Of a DNA stretch of 64,000 bases, positions 37,282 to 50,630 are shown in pieces. The stretch is taken from the NCBI RefSeq assembly GCF_036321535.1, contig NC_087436.1, positions 104,782,001-104,846,000 of the forward strand, read 5' to 3'. The notes beneath the pieces were generated by a model. The model was given only the letters and a program-made list of their open reading frames with translations. It did no database searches and was not told the DNA's origin. The DNA comes from Camelus dromedarius (lineage: Eukaryota). The position numbers and the translations under genes are program-made. The stretch's first letter is position 1. Every line of letters begins with the position of its first letter.

Positions 37282-40200
37282 TGTTCACTAAGCAAATTAA
37301 ACTAGTGAATGTAAAGGGCAAGTTCTGTCTGGATACATCAGTGGAGGTGACAGCTTGATACCGATCAGAGCCAGAGATCAGAGGGGCATCTCGGACGTGG
37401 GAGGGCATTGCTGTCTATTACGCCATTTGATTGAGAACCTGGAGGGGAAGGTTTTTGGACTTTGTCTGATTCAAAGTCTAGTCTATAAATTTTTTCCTGT
37501 GAAATTAGATATTTGCCTCATCTCTTGTTACAGCACAGCCAGAGGCATCTTGCTGGACCAGCTAACGTATATATTCTTAGATTTTCCTTGGCAGAAATTA
37601 ATTTTTTTCTTAAGAATTATTTTTCTTTTCCAAGGCTAACTCTTTGGGTTAATATCAGGGATCCACAATTCATAATTTGTTCCTTGTGGTTCATTGTTTC
37701 ATAATGAGACTTTTGATAGATTCCAAAGACTTAATAAGAGTGCCGCCTAGTCACATAATGAAGTTACTGTACACGTGGCTGACAGGTAGTAATTTATTAT
37801 TATCCTTGCCCCTGATAAGAGTCGTGCCATGCACAGCAGGTGCATAATAAATATTAGCTATAACAACATAAGCAATGGAAGAAAGTTTGTCCCTTTGTAA
37901 CCCAACCAACCATTCCTAATGCATTCTTCTATTACCATGGTGTCTCTTTTCTGTTAATTTTATCAGTTATACTTGGGGGGGAACCAGAGCCGTGTGTCAT
38001 TATTACTGTTAGTTTAAATGTCCTAATTTATCCTGTCACCGTGTTTCACTTAGCATAGCAAGTCACAATATTGTCTGTCCCGGCAGTAACAGACTGTAGT
38101 AAGCTGATCTTGCTAACAAGAGATAATTACTAGCTTCCATGGGAATGTTACTGTATATGCATCACTAAGCATTCCAGGAGGATTAATATTTCTGTGAATT
38201 TTGGACAAGACGAGGTAGCAGCGCAGAGAGATAGGGCTGTTTTTAATGTTTGTCCCTGTTCCATTTGCATCTCCATCACTGGTAATTTGTTATCGCTGCT
38301 TGTGTTTTGTCTGAGGTCACGTCGAGAATTAATGCAATTCCACTGACTAATACACCCAATTCCAAAGAGGATGAGGCAAGTCAGAACCTTGGACGATTCT
38401 GGCAGTCACAAGGTTTGCATTCAAGACTAACTTCTTCACAGGGTGATGCTTTTCTGAAAAGTCAGCAGTGAAATGGCAGTTTAAAATCATGGTTCATTGA
38501 TGTTCAAGGGTTTCTTCCTCAGATGAGCAGAGCTATTCTGGCACTCAGAATTGCACAATTTTTTTTTTTTTTGCTTATTTGTTTGTTTTTGTTGTTGTGG
38601 GGAGCAGAGAGAGGGAAGGCAAAGGGATTTAAAATTCAGCAGAGGATCACCGAGAGTCAGAAGTTGGTGGGGCTGGGATATCTTTGATTGCCAAGCTGAT
38701 TGTCTGAAAGAAATGGAAACCTTCTGAAATATCTGGGACTATTCACACCTTGATTATCCTAGACACACTAACCAGACTGCTTGTATGTGTTTATATTGAA
38801 GGCATTTAATTATTTTAATGTTTCCCGTATATTCGTCTATTTAGGGAAACTTTAGATAAATCACAAATAGGTAAATGATGACATATAACCTTGAAGTTGG
38901 AATTTGGCTGTCATCCTTAAACCTTTATGAAATACCTAGTTCAATCATCCATTTCCTCAATCAACAACTAATCATTGAAAGTCTCACGTGGGCCAGATGC
39001 GTGGTGGTGGGCTTTGGGAATACCGGAGGGGTTTGCAGCCTAGACGGGGAGAAAGACAAGCCAGTGGTTACAATATGCCGGGATTTACGTTAGGTGTCAC
39101 GAACACACAGATGGAGTTGGGGGGGGGGTCTGGGGGAGCCCCTCTGGAGGAAGTGACCTCTCAGGTGAGGCGGAAGGTGTGATGAGAGATGAGGCAGGAG
39201 GGGTAAACAGCCCAGGTCTGTGGGATTTAGACCCATGTGATGGAGTTTGGCCCATGGGAGGCATGGAAGTTTTTAAGAAAGGAAGTGGCATGATCAGGCT
39301 GAGGTTCTAAAGATGACTCTACTTGCAGCGGGGAGGGTGGTGTAGAGAGGCGTCCTGGGTTGGGTTGCCAAGACACTGAGCCTGAGACTGGCTTTTCGGG
39401 CAAGCAGTTCCTTGAGGGCGCTCTCCTCGGTGAAACCTGGAAAGGTGTGAGGGAAGCGCAGAAGGGCCGGCGGAGGTGTGCTCTAGCCGCAGCCTGACCC
39501 CCACAGGGAGCCCTTGCGCCTAGTTTTCAGGCCATCCTGGTTGTGAGCTGTCCCCAGAAGGGAAGCGAAACCTCCCAAACATTTCCAGATGAAAATGCCT
39601 GTGCTTTTCTCTCAGAGCAAGTCTCAGGAGAAGGGAGCAGCTGTGAGCTATCCGCAGCCCCCAGTCAAGGGAACGTGGGTTGGGTACCGAGAGCATCTCC
39701 TTGCAGAGGGAAGGAGGAGCCATGGAGGGGGTTTTGACCCCTCCCGTGGGGCCAGACTGAGGCTTGTGGTTGCTGGAAGGGCAGGGACAGATCGACTTTT
39801 CTAATGGAAAATGCATTAGACTTTCTAGAGAGAGCTGCTAAGCGAGGGGTGAGAACCATGGGACATTACCGACCATGTGTCTGAGGGCAAAACCAAAGAG
39901 GTACATTCATCAGCCAGGAAACAAAGAGGCCCACGATTCAGAATTAATCAGAGATAAAGAGTGTGGGATGTGAGCAGCACTGCAGTATGTGTCAGGCCAG
40001 GCAGGGACGGGGCTATGCCAACATTCCAAAACTAAATAATTCTCTCCTGTTTCTATCCTAGGCACACAAGATAATTTGCAAACATTTGCAGGCAAGTATT
40101 CACCAGGCTGAACTGCAGGCAAAGCTCCTACTGACTTCACAGGGAGCTCCCGAGGGACAGGCAGTAAGGTGAGGCCTCGGTTCTGGGTAATTAAGACTTA

Positions 40201-40849
40201 ACAGCACCCTTGTTAGTGAAGAAATCCCTGTGCACGTCATTGACATGCAGTGGGCTCCGCAGCCCTACGGCCCCTCGGCGGCTGGTGGCCATCTGAAGCC
40301 CACTGGAGCCATCATTAATTTTGCTATCCTTCGCTTTCTGATATCAAAGGATGACATCATTTTGATTAAGAGGAACAGTCACGTTACAGACAATCAGTGG
40401 AGTCAGCCTGCTCCGGTCAGTGTCCTTAGAGCCACTTACTGACAGTGGGGTTGCTGCTCCCCCAGGGATTAGGAGTTTGCGGAGAGAGAGACTGAAGTCC
40501 ACTGTCACCTTCGGAAAAGGCCAAATTCTTCTCAGACCCCACCTGCACTCCTTCCTTAATTACTGTCCCTTTTTACTTCCCTTTCTATCTCCTTGTCTGA
40601 GACACAAATGTGCTCACTGGTGGTCAAGCCTGGACAGGAGGAAATGTCCCCAGAACACTTTGGATCCCTCCTCTGGATCAGGGTGGAGGAGGGATGGATA
40701 ACTAAATGAGCAGGTGTCTCTGGATCTCCATCACGTGCAAGGTTCTGTGCTGGCAGCTAGGAAGGATACAGAGAATTCCACAATGCATTCCTGACTCTCG
40801 AAGAGCCTGGGATATTGCAGAAGAAGTTCATCTCTACCACCCAGCACAG

Positions 40850-41255
40850 CTTTAGAGGCAGACAGCCTGGGTTTTAATCCTGGCTCTGCCACACTGGCTG
40901 TGTGACGTTGGGCAAGTTATACAACCTTGAAAGTCTATGTTTTCTCATCTGTAAAATGGGGATAATGAGAGTACCTACCTCGTAGGGTCCTAGTGACTAA
41001 TAAACATATTAACAAAAGGGCTTATATTATGGTCATTAGTCAATAAATGTGAGCAAAGCAACAAGCATTTGTGGAGTAGTCACTGTGCTAAGTGCTTCAT
41101 ATGCTCTGTCTCACCCAGTCTACAAACATGTGAGGTGAGTACCATCAGTATCCCCATTTCACCCACACGGAAGTGGAGGCTCAGAGAAGTTAAGTAACTT
41201 GTACAAAGCCACAAAGCTAGGAAGTGACGCAGCTGAGATTTGTACCCAGAGCCAA
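40850..41255. mobile_element. Two oppositely oriented MIR SINEs
   Basis: ggctgtgtgacgttgggcaagttatacaacc...tctcatctgtaaaatggggataatg and ccccatttc...gaggctcagagaagttaagtaacttgtacaaagccaca. Confidence 0.8.
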
Positions 41256-41804
41256 GGGTCCCTTTAAGAAAATCCATGGGGCCCAAAATGCTCTAGGTGT
41301 GCAGGGAACAAAGAGCTCCCTGAGAACTGGGGCAGTCAAGGAAGGTTTCTGCTGAGTCTCCCATTTGCAAGGAGGTGGTTCATTTGTTTATTCAGCCAAT
41401 ATTTGTCAAACACACAATATGATTGGGGACCTCGTGAGTAATGCATGGTTTCTATTCACAGTTTAAAGAGGAGGAAGTAAGCCATCAAATGCCACAGTGG
41501 CAGGGAGGCAGCTCTGCAAGGGGTCACTCTGAGCAGGACCTTGAGTAGGGAGTGGACAAATCCTTCAGGGATGGGGAGATATGGAAGAAGGGAGAGAAAC
41601 AGGAAAGGATTCCTAAGGAGGCGAAGGCTTATGGCACAGCATGAGCAAAGACTCAGAAACAGCTCGAGGAAACCTCAAGTATTTACATGGCTGAAGCCAA
41701 GGGTGAACGTGAATAGGATGATAAGAAATAATTACAATAACCAGCATCCTCTGAATACTCATGGTGTGCTAAGTACTCTGCACTATCTCTTATTCTTTCC
41801 GTGA

Positions 41805-42320
41805 AGTAGGCAAACCGCGGGCCAAATCCCATCCGCCACCTGTTCTTGTTTTTAAGCCACAAGAGAAGAATGAATTTTACAGATGAACATTTGTGAAAGA
41901 TTCTGATGATCGGAAACACTAACTTTGAACCTAATTAAGCAAAATGCTATCTTCCTCAAAATAGAATTTCATTGTTCTCATTAATGGGTCTGTATTATTA
42001 AAAAAAAAAGTCCTCAATTATTACTATATTTTGAGCTTTGTCAATAAAATGTTGTGGAAATTTATTCTTTCTCTAGTTATATTTTAAATACCTATGTAGG
42101 GGGGAGGGTATAGCTCAGTGGTAGAGTGCATGCCTATCACGCACGAGGTCCTGGGTTCAATCCCCAGTACCTCCTCTAAAAATAAATAAATAAGTACACC
42201 TAATTACCTCCCTCCCCCACCCCCCCAAAATACCTATGTAATAGCCTTATTTTTGCATCTTGCCCTACAACACCGGAAATACTACCTGGCCCTTTATGGG
42301 GAAAGCCTGTCAACCCCTGT
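41805..42320. mobile_element. MER58-family hAT-Charlie element interrupted by the SINE at 42099
   Basis: ggcaaaccgcgggccaaatcccatccgccacctgtt at the left end; actacctggccctttatgggaaagcctgtcaacccctg at the right end. Confidence 0.65.
42099..42227 (+). mobile_element. tRNA-derived SINE (camelid Vic-1-like), well preserved
   Basis: ggggagggtatagctcagtggtagagtgcatgcctatcacgcacgaggtcctgggttcaatccccagtacctcc, with Pol III A box (TAGCTCAGTGG) and B box (GGTTCAATCCC), (aaat)n tail and ctaattacctccc end. Perfect 13-bp TSD aaatacctatgta at 42086-42098 and 42228-42240. Confidence 0.9.
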
Positions 42321-42364
42321 TCTTTCCAAATGCCCAAGAAGCATCATTCTGATTTAAGGATAAG

Positions 42365-42463
42365 ATATATGTATGTATATGCATGACTGGGACATTGTGC
42401 TGTACACCAGAAATTGACACATTATAATTGACGCTACTTCAATTAAAATTATTTTTTTAATCA
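42365..42463 (+). mobile_element. Extremely 5'-truncated lineage-specific L1 3' end
   Basis: atatatgtatgtatatgcatgactgggacattgtgctgtacaccagaaattgacacattataattgacgctacttcaattaaaa resembles a laurasiatherian L1 3' terminus. Perfect 13-bp TSD atttaaggataag at 42352-42364 and 42464-42476. Confidence 0.8.
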
Positions 42464-45400
42464 ATTTAAGGATAAGGGGACTGAGGCACAGAAGAATTGG
42501 CTGACATGGCTCAGGTTGCAGAGCTAAGGCGGGGTTGAGATAGGATTTGAACCCAGGTAGTCTTGTCCTGGGCCCACGCTCTGAATGGCACTTCCGCCCA
42601 GCGTTTGCAGAAGTCCAGGGAATTAACTAACGGCTGGAACTGGAGCAAGGGGAGAGGAATGGTGGGGATAAAACAGTCCCGGTGTGGGAACAAGCAGGAA
42701 CGGGCGGCTCCTCTGGCCGACCTGATGTGTGTGGACTTGGGCTCAGGGCTGGAACACAATGCCTTGTTCCCCAGAAAAGAATTCCTGGCCAGGAACATAG
42801 CATTTCTTGCTTGGATGACTGGGCATATTCCCAGCGCTGCAGGAAATGCCGGAGAATGAGCAAGTCTGGTGGGCTGAAGGTGGGACAGATGAATGGAGCT
42901 GGCAATGGCTGGGGGATAAATCTGTGGAGATGTTCAGGCAGAGGGTGGGTCTTGGAAGCCCAGGGTAGAGTTGGGAGTCATTAGCAATAGGAGCTGAAGT
43001 TTTGGAGAATCAGATTTCATGCACTAATGGAAGAAATTCTTCCCTCTGTTTACAGAATGTTAAAAAGTTCACCTTCTCAGAATGGGAGCAGGGACAGGGC
43101 ACTTACTCATCTTTGAACCTCTGGGGTGGAGGGAAATGGAGCCAAGTTCCTGGATTGAGTGGATCCAGGCGAAGGAACCAAAGCTATTTTTGAAATGGGT
43201 TATCTATGTCAGTATATGATATCACTTTGCATACACACACTCCAAGGGATCATAAAGGATGTATTTTTAAAACTCCCCTGTGTGCATAATTTACACAGAA
43301 TTATCTGACTAGCTTCAGAGAGCTTCAGAAGACTTCCAAGGAAAAGCAGAGGGGAAATACTCTGTGTGATTGGGAACAAAAGGGGAATTTCTTTCCAGTG
43401 AAGTTTCCAAAAAAAAAAAAAAAAAAAACCAAACCTAAAAAACAACAACAACAAAAAAAAGACAGAAAGAAAGAAAGGAAAAAAAACAAAGGAAGAAGCA
43501 GCCTCTGATTACATAATTCCTACCTGGGAAAGTAAAAATTTTTGATTATCTGTTTATGCCCTGCCAAACTCGGAGCCCAGAGGAAATCAGACACGCCGAA
43601 AAGAAACTGATCTCTACCACTTCCCCATTTTCCCCGCTCTTGTTTTGTGGCCTCTGTAACCTTGAAGAGCAGGCCTATGTGGGCTTAAGGCTGGCGTGGA
43701 GATATAGGCAGGGTGGATTCCCCACTGGAGCAGGAGCTGCTGGTGAGGGAGAACAGGATAAAGGCAGAGAAGGGATGAGGCCACCTCCTAACCGGGGGCA
43801 GGACCGAGTCACCTTTGCCCACTACGGGGATTCTCATGGAACTTCTGTTTTCCCAAGAATTCTTGGGGCAAGTAAAGAGGAAAACATGAGGCTGTCTGAG
43901 CTTTTAGAGGAAGTAAGGGTTTATTGAGAATTGGGGTGTGCCCATCTTTGGCATTTTTGCCTTGGTTTTCCTTGGGGCCAGTCCTGGTCTATAAGGTGCC
44001 TGTGTGTAAGTTATAAAAAGACGACCTGCTGCCCCTGGCCCCCTACCCAGGGCAGCCTGAGACTAGGACTAATGGCAGGACAAGGGTGAGGAGGCCCCCA
44101 CTTGCCCTCTTGGCTGGGCCTGAGGGCAGAGCATAACTGCACATCTTCCCCCTCCCCTGTCCTGTGTGCCCTATGCCTTAATTTGCAGAAAAAGCAGCAT
44201 CTGAAAAGTGGGTGCTGCAGAAAACCTGATGATGTGGCAGCATGCAACTCAGTACTTAATGCGTGTCTGTCTCGAACATCGGTTTGTCTTTTCCTTGGAC
44301 AAACAATGTAACAGTAGGCCTGGGGACACCTGTCATTTTTTGAGCTCTATTCTCCTCTGGGTTTAACCCTATGAGGGGTCATCCAGGAGGCACTTTGAAA
44401 AATTGCAGCCACCCTTTGAGCTGCCAGGATTCCACTGAAGAAATGACCATTTTGGTGTCCTAAGTGAAACTGAAGAGCAAATCAACAAGATCTAGGAAAT
44501 CCATTAAAAGAAGGAAAAATACAACATGGTCCCATATCTAATACGAGAACGAGATTTTCATGAGACATCTGCCAAAGAGAAAGCTACATATGCGCAAATA
44601 CACAGCAGCTGTAGAAACTCAAACAATTATCTTTCCTGATTTGAAGGGAGCATATAATTTAGGTGGAGGAGAGATTTGTTATATTTACTTCTGAACCTGA
44701 CTTGATTTTAATGTCACTCTGTCATTTGTGAACAGCTCCCAAGTACCTTGTCAGAGAGTTGCTTATTAAGCCACAGCAAGTATATTATAAAAATAACAAT
44801 CTAAACTGTGAATCATTCCACGAAACCCCAGTGGCCCTGACACAACTGGATTCTGCCCTGAGTTAAACAGTTGTGCAAACATGAGCTCAGCTTCCTTTTC
44901 ATGGCAGATCCGGTGCTAACTCCTGGGGAAGGAAGATTCACTAGGCATCGCTGTGTCTGTAAGTGTCCACAACCCAGTGGGGAAGGAGCAAAGAAGTTAT
45001 AAAAATACATTACAAGATAAGGTAAGTCATTAGAGATCAATTAAAGGGATCACTCTGAAGTAGCACTGATGGAGTATAGATTATATGTAGAGTGTGCTGG
45101 GAATACAGAAGAGGAGGAAATTCACCCAGCCTAGGGATGCTGGAGAAACATCAAGGCAGATATTTGAACTGTGTCTTGAGGGATGAATGAGAGTTTGAAG
45201 ATGGCATGGGGAGTCTTCTCCTCAGAGAAACAGGATGGGCAAAAATTTGGAGTCATGACTGCACAGGTAACAAGCGAACAAGGACGATGTCGGCATGGTT
45301 GGATTGCATGGTGTATGTGAAATTGATAAAGGATGAATTTGGGAAAGAAGGCAGGGTGACTGGGCCAGGCTCAGTGTGAATGTGAGCCCTGAAAGTTTTC

Positions 45401-45590
45401 AGGCTGAGAAGGGCTCAAGCAGATTTGTGTTCTGGATGGAAGCTTCTGATGGTCTGATCTGCAGAGCTCAGCCTCGCAACGAGATCCACCTTAAGGGTGA
45501 TACATAGTAGTATTGTTCTCACTGATTCCGAACATTAATCCATTTCCTAAAGTTCTTTGCTTATTCTCAGAGAGTGTTTATCCCCTAGAA

Positions 45591-45822
45591 CAGGGGTCTG
45601 CAAACTATGGCCCACTGGCCATATCTGGTCCGCCACCCATTTTTATAGATAAAGTTTTATTAGAATACAATCTCGTCATTCTGCTGAGTACCATTGATGG
45701 ATGCTTTCATACTATGGCTGACTTCAAAGCAGAGTTGAAGAGTTGAAATGGAGGCCATATGACTTGCAAGGTCTGAAGTATTTATGAGTTCGTGTTTCAC
45801 AGAAAAAGTTTTCCGACCTTCG
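45591..45822. mobile_element. MER58A-like hAT-Charlie element
   Basis: caggggtctgcaaactatggcccactggccatatctggtccgccaccc...taaagttttattagaataca...ttcacagaaaaagttttccgacc. Confidence 0.8.
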
Positions 45823-46149
45823 CCCTTTGGTTCTCCAAAGTCTTTGCCATCTTTCCCATCAGATCAGAAACTTCAGAGATCGCCTTGAAGGTTTACCTCA
45901 TTACCTTTTGTACTGATCACGTTGGTCTTTATCAAGTGGCCAGATTTGATTGTGTTCTTCAAGCCAGGAGTGGGAAACAGAGTAGAGAATCACGTGCAAA
46001 AGAGGCAGCAAGACACTGAGCACAGGAACTGGGCATGTCTGGTCAAACCACTCCAGTTCTTTTCAGCAAGAGTCCCTGAGAATGAGATCAGTAGCCTGCC
46101 AAGAACATTGATTGCATCAGAGTTCACAAACCTTATAGGAAGGACAGAA

Positions 46150-46450
46150 CTGATTAGCTAGTTGTGTTGATGGTCAAACAATGGTTCCCAAAATATACGG
46201 GTGAGTGGGCTAACATCAATCTCGAAGATCTCTAACAAGTTTTCAGCAGACTCTGGACTTAGTCCTGTCCTGCTCAGCATTTTCATTGGCACAGATGAAT
46301 CAGAAGCCATGTTACCAAGCTGAAGTTTGCCCATAGCTGAGGGGTGAGGGGGACAGTAATAACTGGCATTGATATGTCAGCATCATTGTTCCAAAAAACT
46401 TCTCTGTAAGCTAGAGCAGTAACCAAAACGTGCTCTCCTAAGTGAGAAAT
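46150..46450 (+). mobile_element. Possible CR1/L3 reverse-transcriptase remnant
   Basis: ctctggacttagtcctgtcctgctcagcattttcatt...aagtttgc...agctgagggg resembles the region encoding GSVLGPVLFNIFI...KFADDTKLGG; highly degraded. Confidence 0.4.
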
Positions 46451-47164
46451 ATGAGGCTCCTGCAGGTCCACACCCTAACATTCCTCGGCCCTGGGGAAAG
46501 AGTACAAATGAAGACCAGCATTCCATATATCCAAATATTTAGAAGCTATAAATTAATCTAACAGACTTGTGTTCTATCTTCCTACCTGGACACCACCTAG
46601 AAGCCTAGATTCAAATTCAGAATTCTCTGGGTTAATGCTGGAACATGGCAGCATGGGAGAGCCAGTCCTATTCCCCTAGGTCCCAGCCCTTGACCCATCT
46701 TTTTATTTTCTGACCTGCACTTGGACTCCTCAGCAACTTTTGTCCAGTTGCTTCCTCTTTACTGCCTGATCAGTTACATTTGTCATTTGATGTCATTTAT
46801 CTGGCTCCACCCTCTGGCTTCTATACATCAACCCAATTCTTCCATTGTTGATTCATCTGTTTCCAGTCTCTTCAGGTAACTCTGGTCCAGTGCCTACATT
46901 TAGCAGTCCCCAGGCAATAGTGTCCCGGATGGATTCCCCCTAGGGCAGGGAAACAGAATCTGGACAACTCCCATCTACCTTCCAGCTCCCAGGTCTTGTA
47001 TGATAACTCCTCTCCCTTGTCAATATCTTTTGAATTTAATCACAAAGGATGAACACATACTTCAGCAAATTTGGGGCAGCAGGAGTGGGAGGTAGTCCTA
47101 CCTGCCAGCAGTATATTTCTTTGAATGCTAGTGCTTTTATTTTCAAAGTGTCACACATTTTAAG

Positions 47165-47785
47165 AAAAATGTTTTAACCATTGGAATATGATTTATGTAT
47201 AACATACACTCTAAAAAGTACACAAAACATAGACAGTTTAATGAATCATCACAAGACATGTAACCATCATGTAAACAAATGCCCCAGAAACCCCCTGCCC
47301 CTTTGTGCCTCCCTATCTTCTCCCCAAAGGAAACCAAATACAATTGTTGGTTTTGCCTACTTGGGGATTTTATGTAAATGGAATCAAACACTATTTATTC
47401 CTTTGTGTGTGGCTTCTTTCACGCAGCATGTGTGTGAGGTTCATCACTGTGCCCGGTGTAGTTCAAGTTCACTCACTTTCATTGCCATGTGTCCATTATG
47501 CCATGGTCTATTTATACATCTCATCGTTGAGGGGCATTTAGGCTGGATCCAGTTGTTGGTCTTTATGACTAATACTTCCATGAACATTCTTGTAAACACC
47601 TGTTAGCGCACCTGAGCACGGATTTGGGCTTGTACATCTGGAAGTGAACTTCTGCATAGTGGGTTTTGCATTTCTCAACTTAGTTGATACTCCCCAACAG
47701 TTTTCCATAGTGATTGAACCGATCTGTACTCCCACCTTCAGTCTGTGAAAGTTCTGGTAGCTCCACATTCTCATAGGTTTTTTTT
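47165..47785 (-). mobile_element. Ancient L1M 3' fragment
   Basis: ttttatgtaaatggaatc...gtgtggcttctttcacgcagcatg...tgaggggcatttaggctggatccagtt...ccaacagttttccatagtgattgaaccgatctgtactcccacc...gctccacattctc. Confidence 0.8.
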
Positions 47786-49143
47786 TTTTTTTTAAAGAAT
47801 TTATTCTCCATGAGATAGCCATGTTTGTTTCTATGTTGGAAAATGTTATATATGTATATATACATATATATTTTTTTGGTGCTGAAAAAGGAAGATGACC
47901 CTTCTGGAATAGGTACCAAGTTTATCCTGTGGCTTTACGTGTCCCAAAGTGGAGGAGCTCAACCAAGCTGACCTCTTGGAGGTTCTTGAATCAGAGTCTA
48001 GCCTTTCACCAAACTATTTCATATTCAGGGGCCAGCTTCCCTCCTCTGTCTGTGAAAAGGATCCATTGTTGAACTTCAATTCATTTTTCCAAGACAGCAC
48101 TTATCTGAATGCTCTTATTTTGATTACATGTTCATCTATTTGTCACTTAGATTTGCCTCCAAGTCCTTTCAAGGAAACGGACCATATACTTCTTTAATAT
48201 ATACCTCCATCACCTGCAAGAATTCTTGGGACCCCACGGGGAGCAATCAGTATTTGCTAACGGACTGCCTGGCTCAATGTAGCTTAAATTCCATCTTTAT
48301 TTTTATATGATAGTTTCAGTGATTTAATGAGTGGCTGTCACTGACAAGGCACTTGAGCACTGTGCATAAAATGACCAATAATATAGAAATAAAGCTTTGC
48401 TCAGAGACTAATACACAGAACTGCCTTCCATGTACACATTACTCTTTATCCTAGAGGAAACAATTCTTTCTTCAGTCAAGTGCAGTTTGTTTTCATTGAT
48501 AAAAATAAGTAAATACATATTCTCTTCTCCTGCCTTATTTGAATGCCTACAAAATCAGGAATCATATATAATATTCAACTCAGCATGAATATGCAGAAAG
48601 TGCTGCATCTCTTTATTTAGGGATTTTAAACATTGTAGTCATGTTCATCATGGTGACTGTAGGCTTTTATACCTAAGACAGACTCATTTCTCAAAGTCAT
48701 ATTTAAATATCTCAAATAGTAGTCTTGGCCTCTTGGGTATTGCACAACATACAACTGAAGAAGGAAGGTTAACCTCGCCAAAAAGAAAAAAACAATGTAA
48801 AGAAATGGTGCAGCTGTGGATATATTATGTTGAAGAAGAAGCAGGATCTGGGGAAAGAAGAGGAGAATTCTAGGAGAGCCAAGTCTGCAGTGGGAATCTG
48901 GATGTTGGCTTCATCTGAGAGCACAGTGTGGGAGTTGTTCTCTAACTTAATGATGCTCTGAGTGAGGTATACAATTTTTTTCTCAGTTGCATGTTTTGTA
49001 GGCAAGGTTTCTCTTCTGCTCCTTCCTATAATCTAAATATCAAATACTGACAGTCCAGATAGTTACCTGGACCTAAGCACACACACCCAGCTTCACACCT
49101 ATGGCTTTGCTGCTGACTTTAGATTTTAAGACAGCTTCATACT

Positions 49144-49204
49144 TTCATTCATTCATTCATTCATTCATTCATCCATTCATTCATTCATTTGTTGTTTCAT
49201 TCAT
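49144..49204 (+). repeat. (TTCA)n microsatellite at the tail of a reversed L2 (L2 continues to about 49680)
   Basis: About 11 TTCA units, directly visible, followed by caacaaatacttatgtagcatctatgataagccaag. Confidence 0.85.
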
Positions 49205-50405
49205 TTGTCCACTTATTTAACTAAACAGTCAGGCAACAAATACTTATGTAGCATCTATGATAAGCCAAGTGTTTTGCTTAGTGCTCAGAGAACAATGATG
49301 TGTCATCGCCAGACATTATTTGAATAATTACACGAATAATCGTAAAACCTCGAGTGTGAGTGCTTTAAAGGAAGGACATGCTACCATGGCAATGTGCATT
49401 ACAGGGATTTGACTTAGGGAGGTCTGGGATGTTTTCTTGAGGAAGAGATGACTGGGCTGATATCTGTTAAATGAACAAGTGAATTAACTTGGTAAAGTGG
49501 GGGGAGTTGAGGGGAACTTGAGGAAATGAGAATAACTTGTGCAAAGGCCCTGTGGTAGGACAGTGTGACCTACACGAGGGCTAGAATGAAGGTCGGTGTG
49601 GCAGGAATGGAGACAGCAAAGGGTGTGGGCAGAAACTTGTGGGCCCTAAAGGATCTTTGTCCTTATCTTAAGATCAAAATTGACACTCGGGGAAGACTAG
49701 GTGGAACATAGGAACAGACCCAATTTCACAGTGTGAGTTGTGGGACTCAGAGGCACTCAAGGAAGAGGGTTTTAGAACTTTTTGTTCTTGCTTACATAGT
49801 CCCTGGTCCTCAACTTGACTCAATTACAGGTGTCCCCTGACAGCTGTTAGCTGTCAGGCAGGCTGGCCTCCCAGGCCTGAGCGGATAATGGGGAGGATGC
49901 TCAGGGGTGGCAGAGGGCCATGCTCCAGTGGTCTGGATCTGCTCTCTTCTCTGCGCACAAGAAACCATTTGAGCAGGATGTCTGTGCTTGCTGCTTGAAG
50001 ATCCAAACGTGTTTAGCTGTAACAGTCTGACAGGGAAGACTTGTTTCAACGTTAATAGTACACAAGATGCCCAACTGACATAATCTCTCCCCTGAAAGGT
50101 AGCATGTGGCCTTTGTGCACTGAAGCTTTCATCTACAACAGAGATACAATGTAGATAAATTCAAAATATAAACTTAACCCCATTTAGAACACTAAACATA
50201 AAATACATCATAAATGGCATTTTCAGACTCCAGGTATTGAACATTTGGAGATGTAAAAGATCTGAAAAAAATTTGATTCAAGCTGTTATAATGCAGAGCA
50301 TGTTAAGACAACAATAATAACAATAAGAATTCAGGCAGAATTCTGGGCGGGGAAGGAAGGGGAGGGGTACCTGTTTCCTGAATATTGAATGGATTTGTCC
50401 TAGAG

Positions 50406-50630
50406 CAGAGTTTCTCAACCTCGGTGACCTTGAACCCTGGAGCCGGATCATTCCTGGTCGTGGGGCTATCCTGTGTGAAGTAGCATGTTTAACAGCATCT
50501 CTGGCCCTTACCCACTGGACACCCACAACACGACATTCCCTCTCCCACTTGTGACAACCAAAACCATCTCAGACATTGCCAAATGTCCCCTGGGGGAAGA
50601 AGTCCACCCTCCACTTTTGAGCCCTGAACT
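50406..50630. mobile_element. MER20 (hAT-Charlie), second copy
   Basis: cagagtttctcaacctcgg...gtttaacagcatctctggccc...gtgacaaccaaaaccatctcagacattgccaaatgtcccctggggg. Confidence 0.85.

Noticed and set aside
42099..42174. tRNA-like sequence (also at 13191 and 54197)
   Set aside because: Has an A-rich tail, a TSD and multiple diverged copies; it is a SINE, not a tRNA gene.
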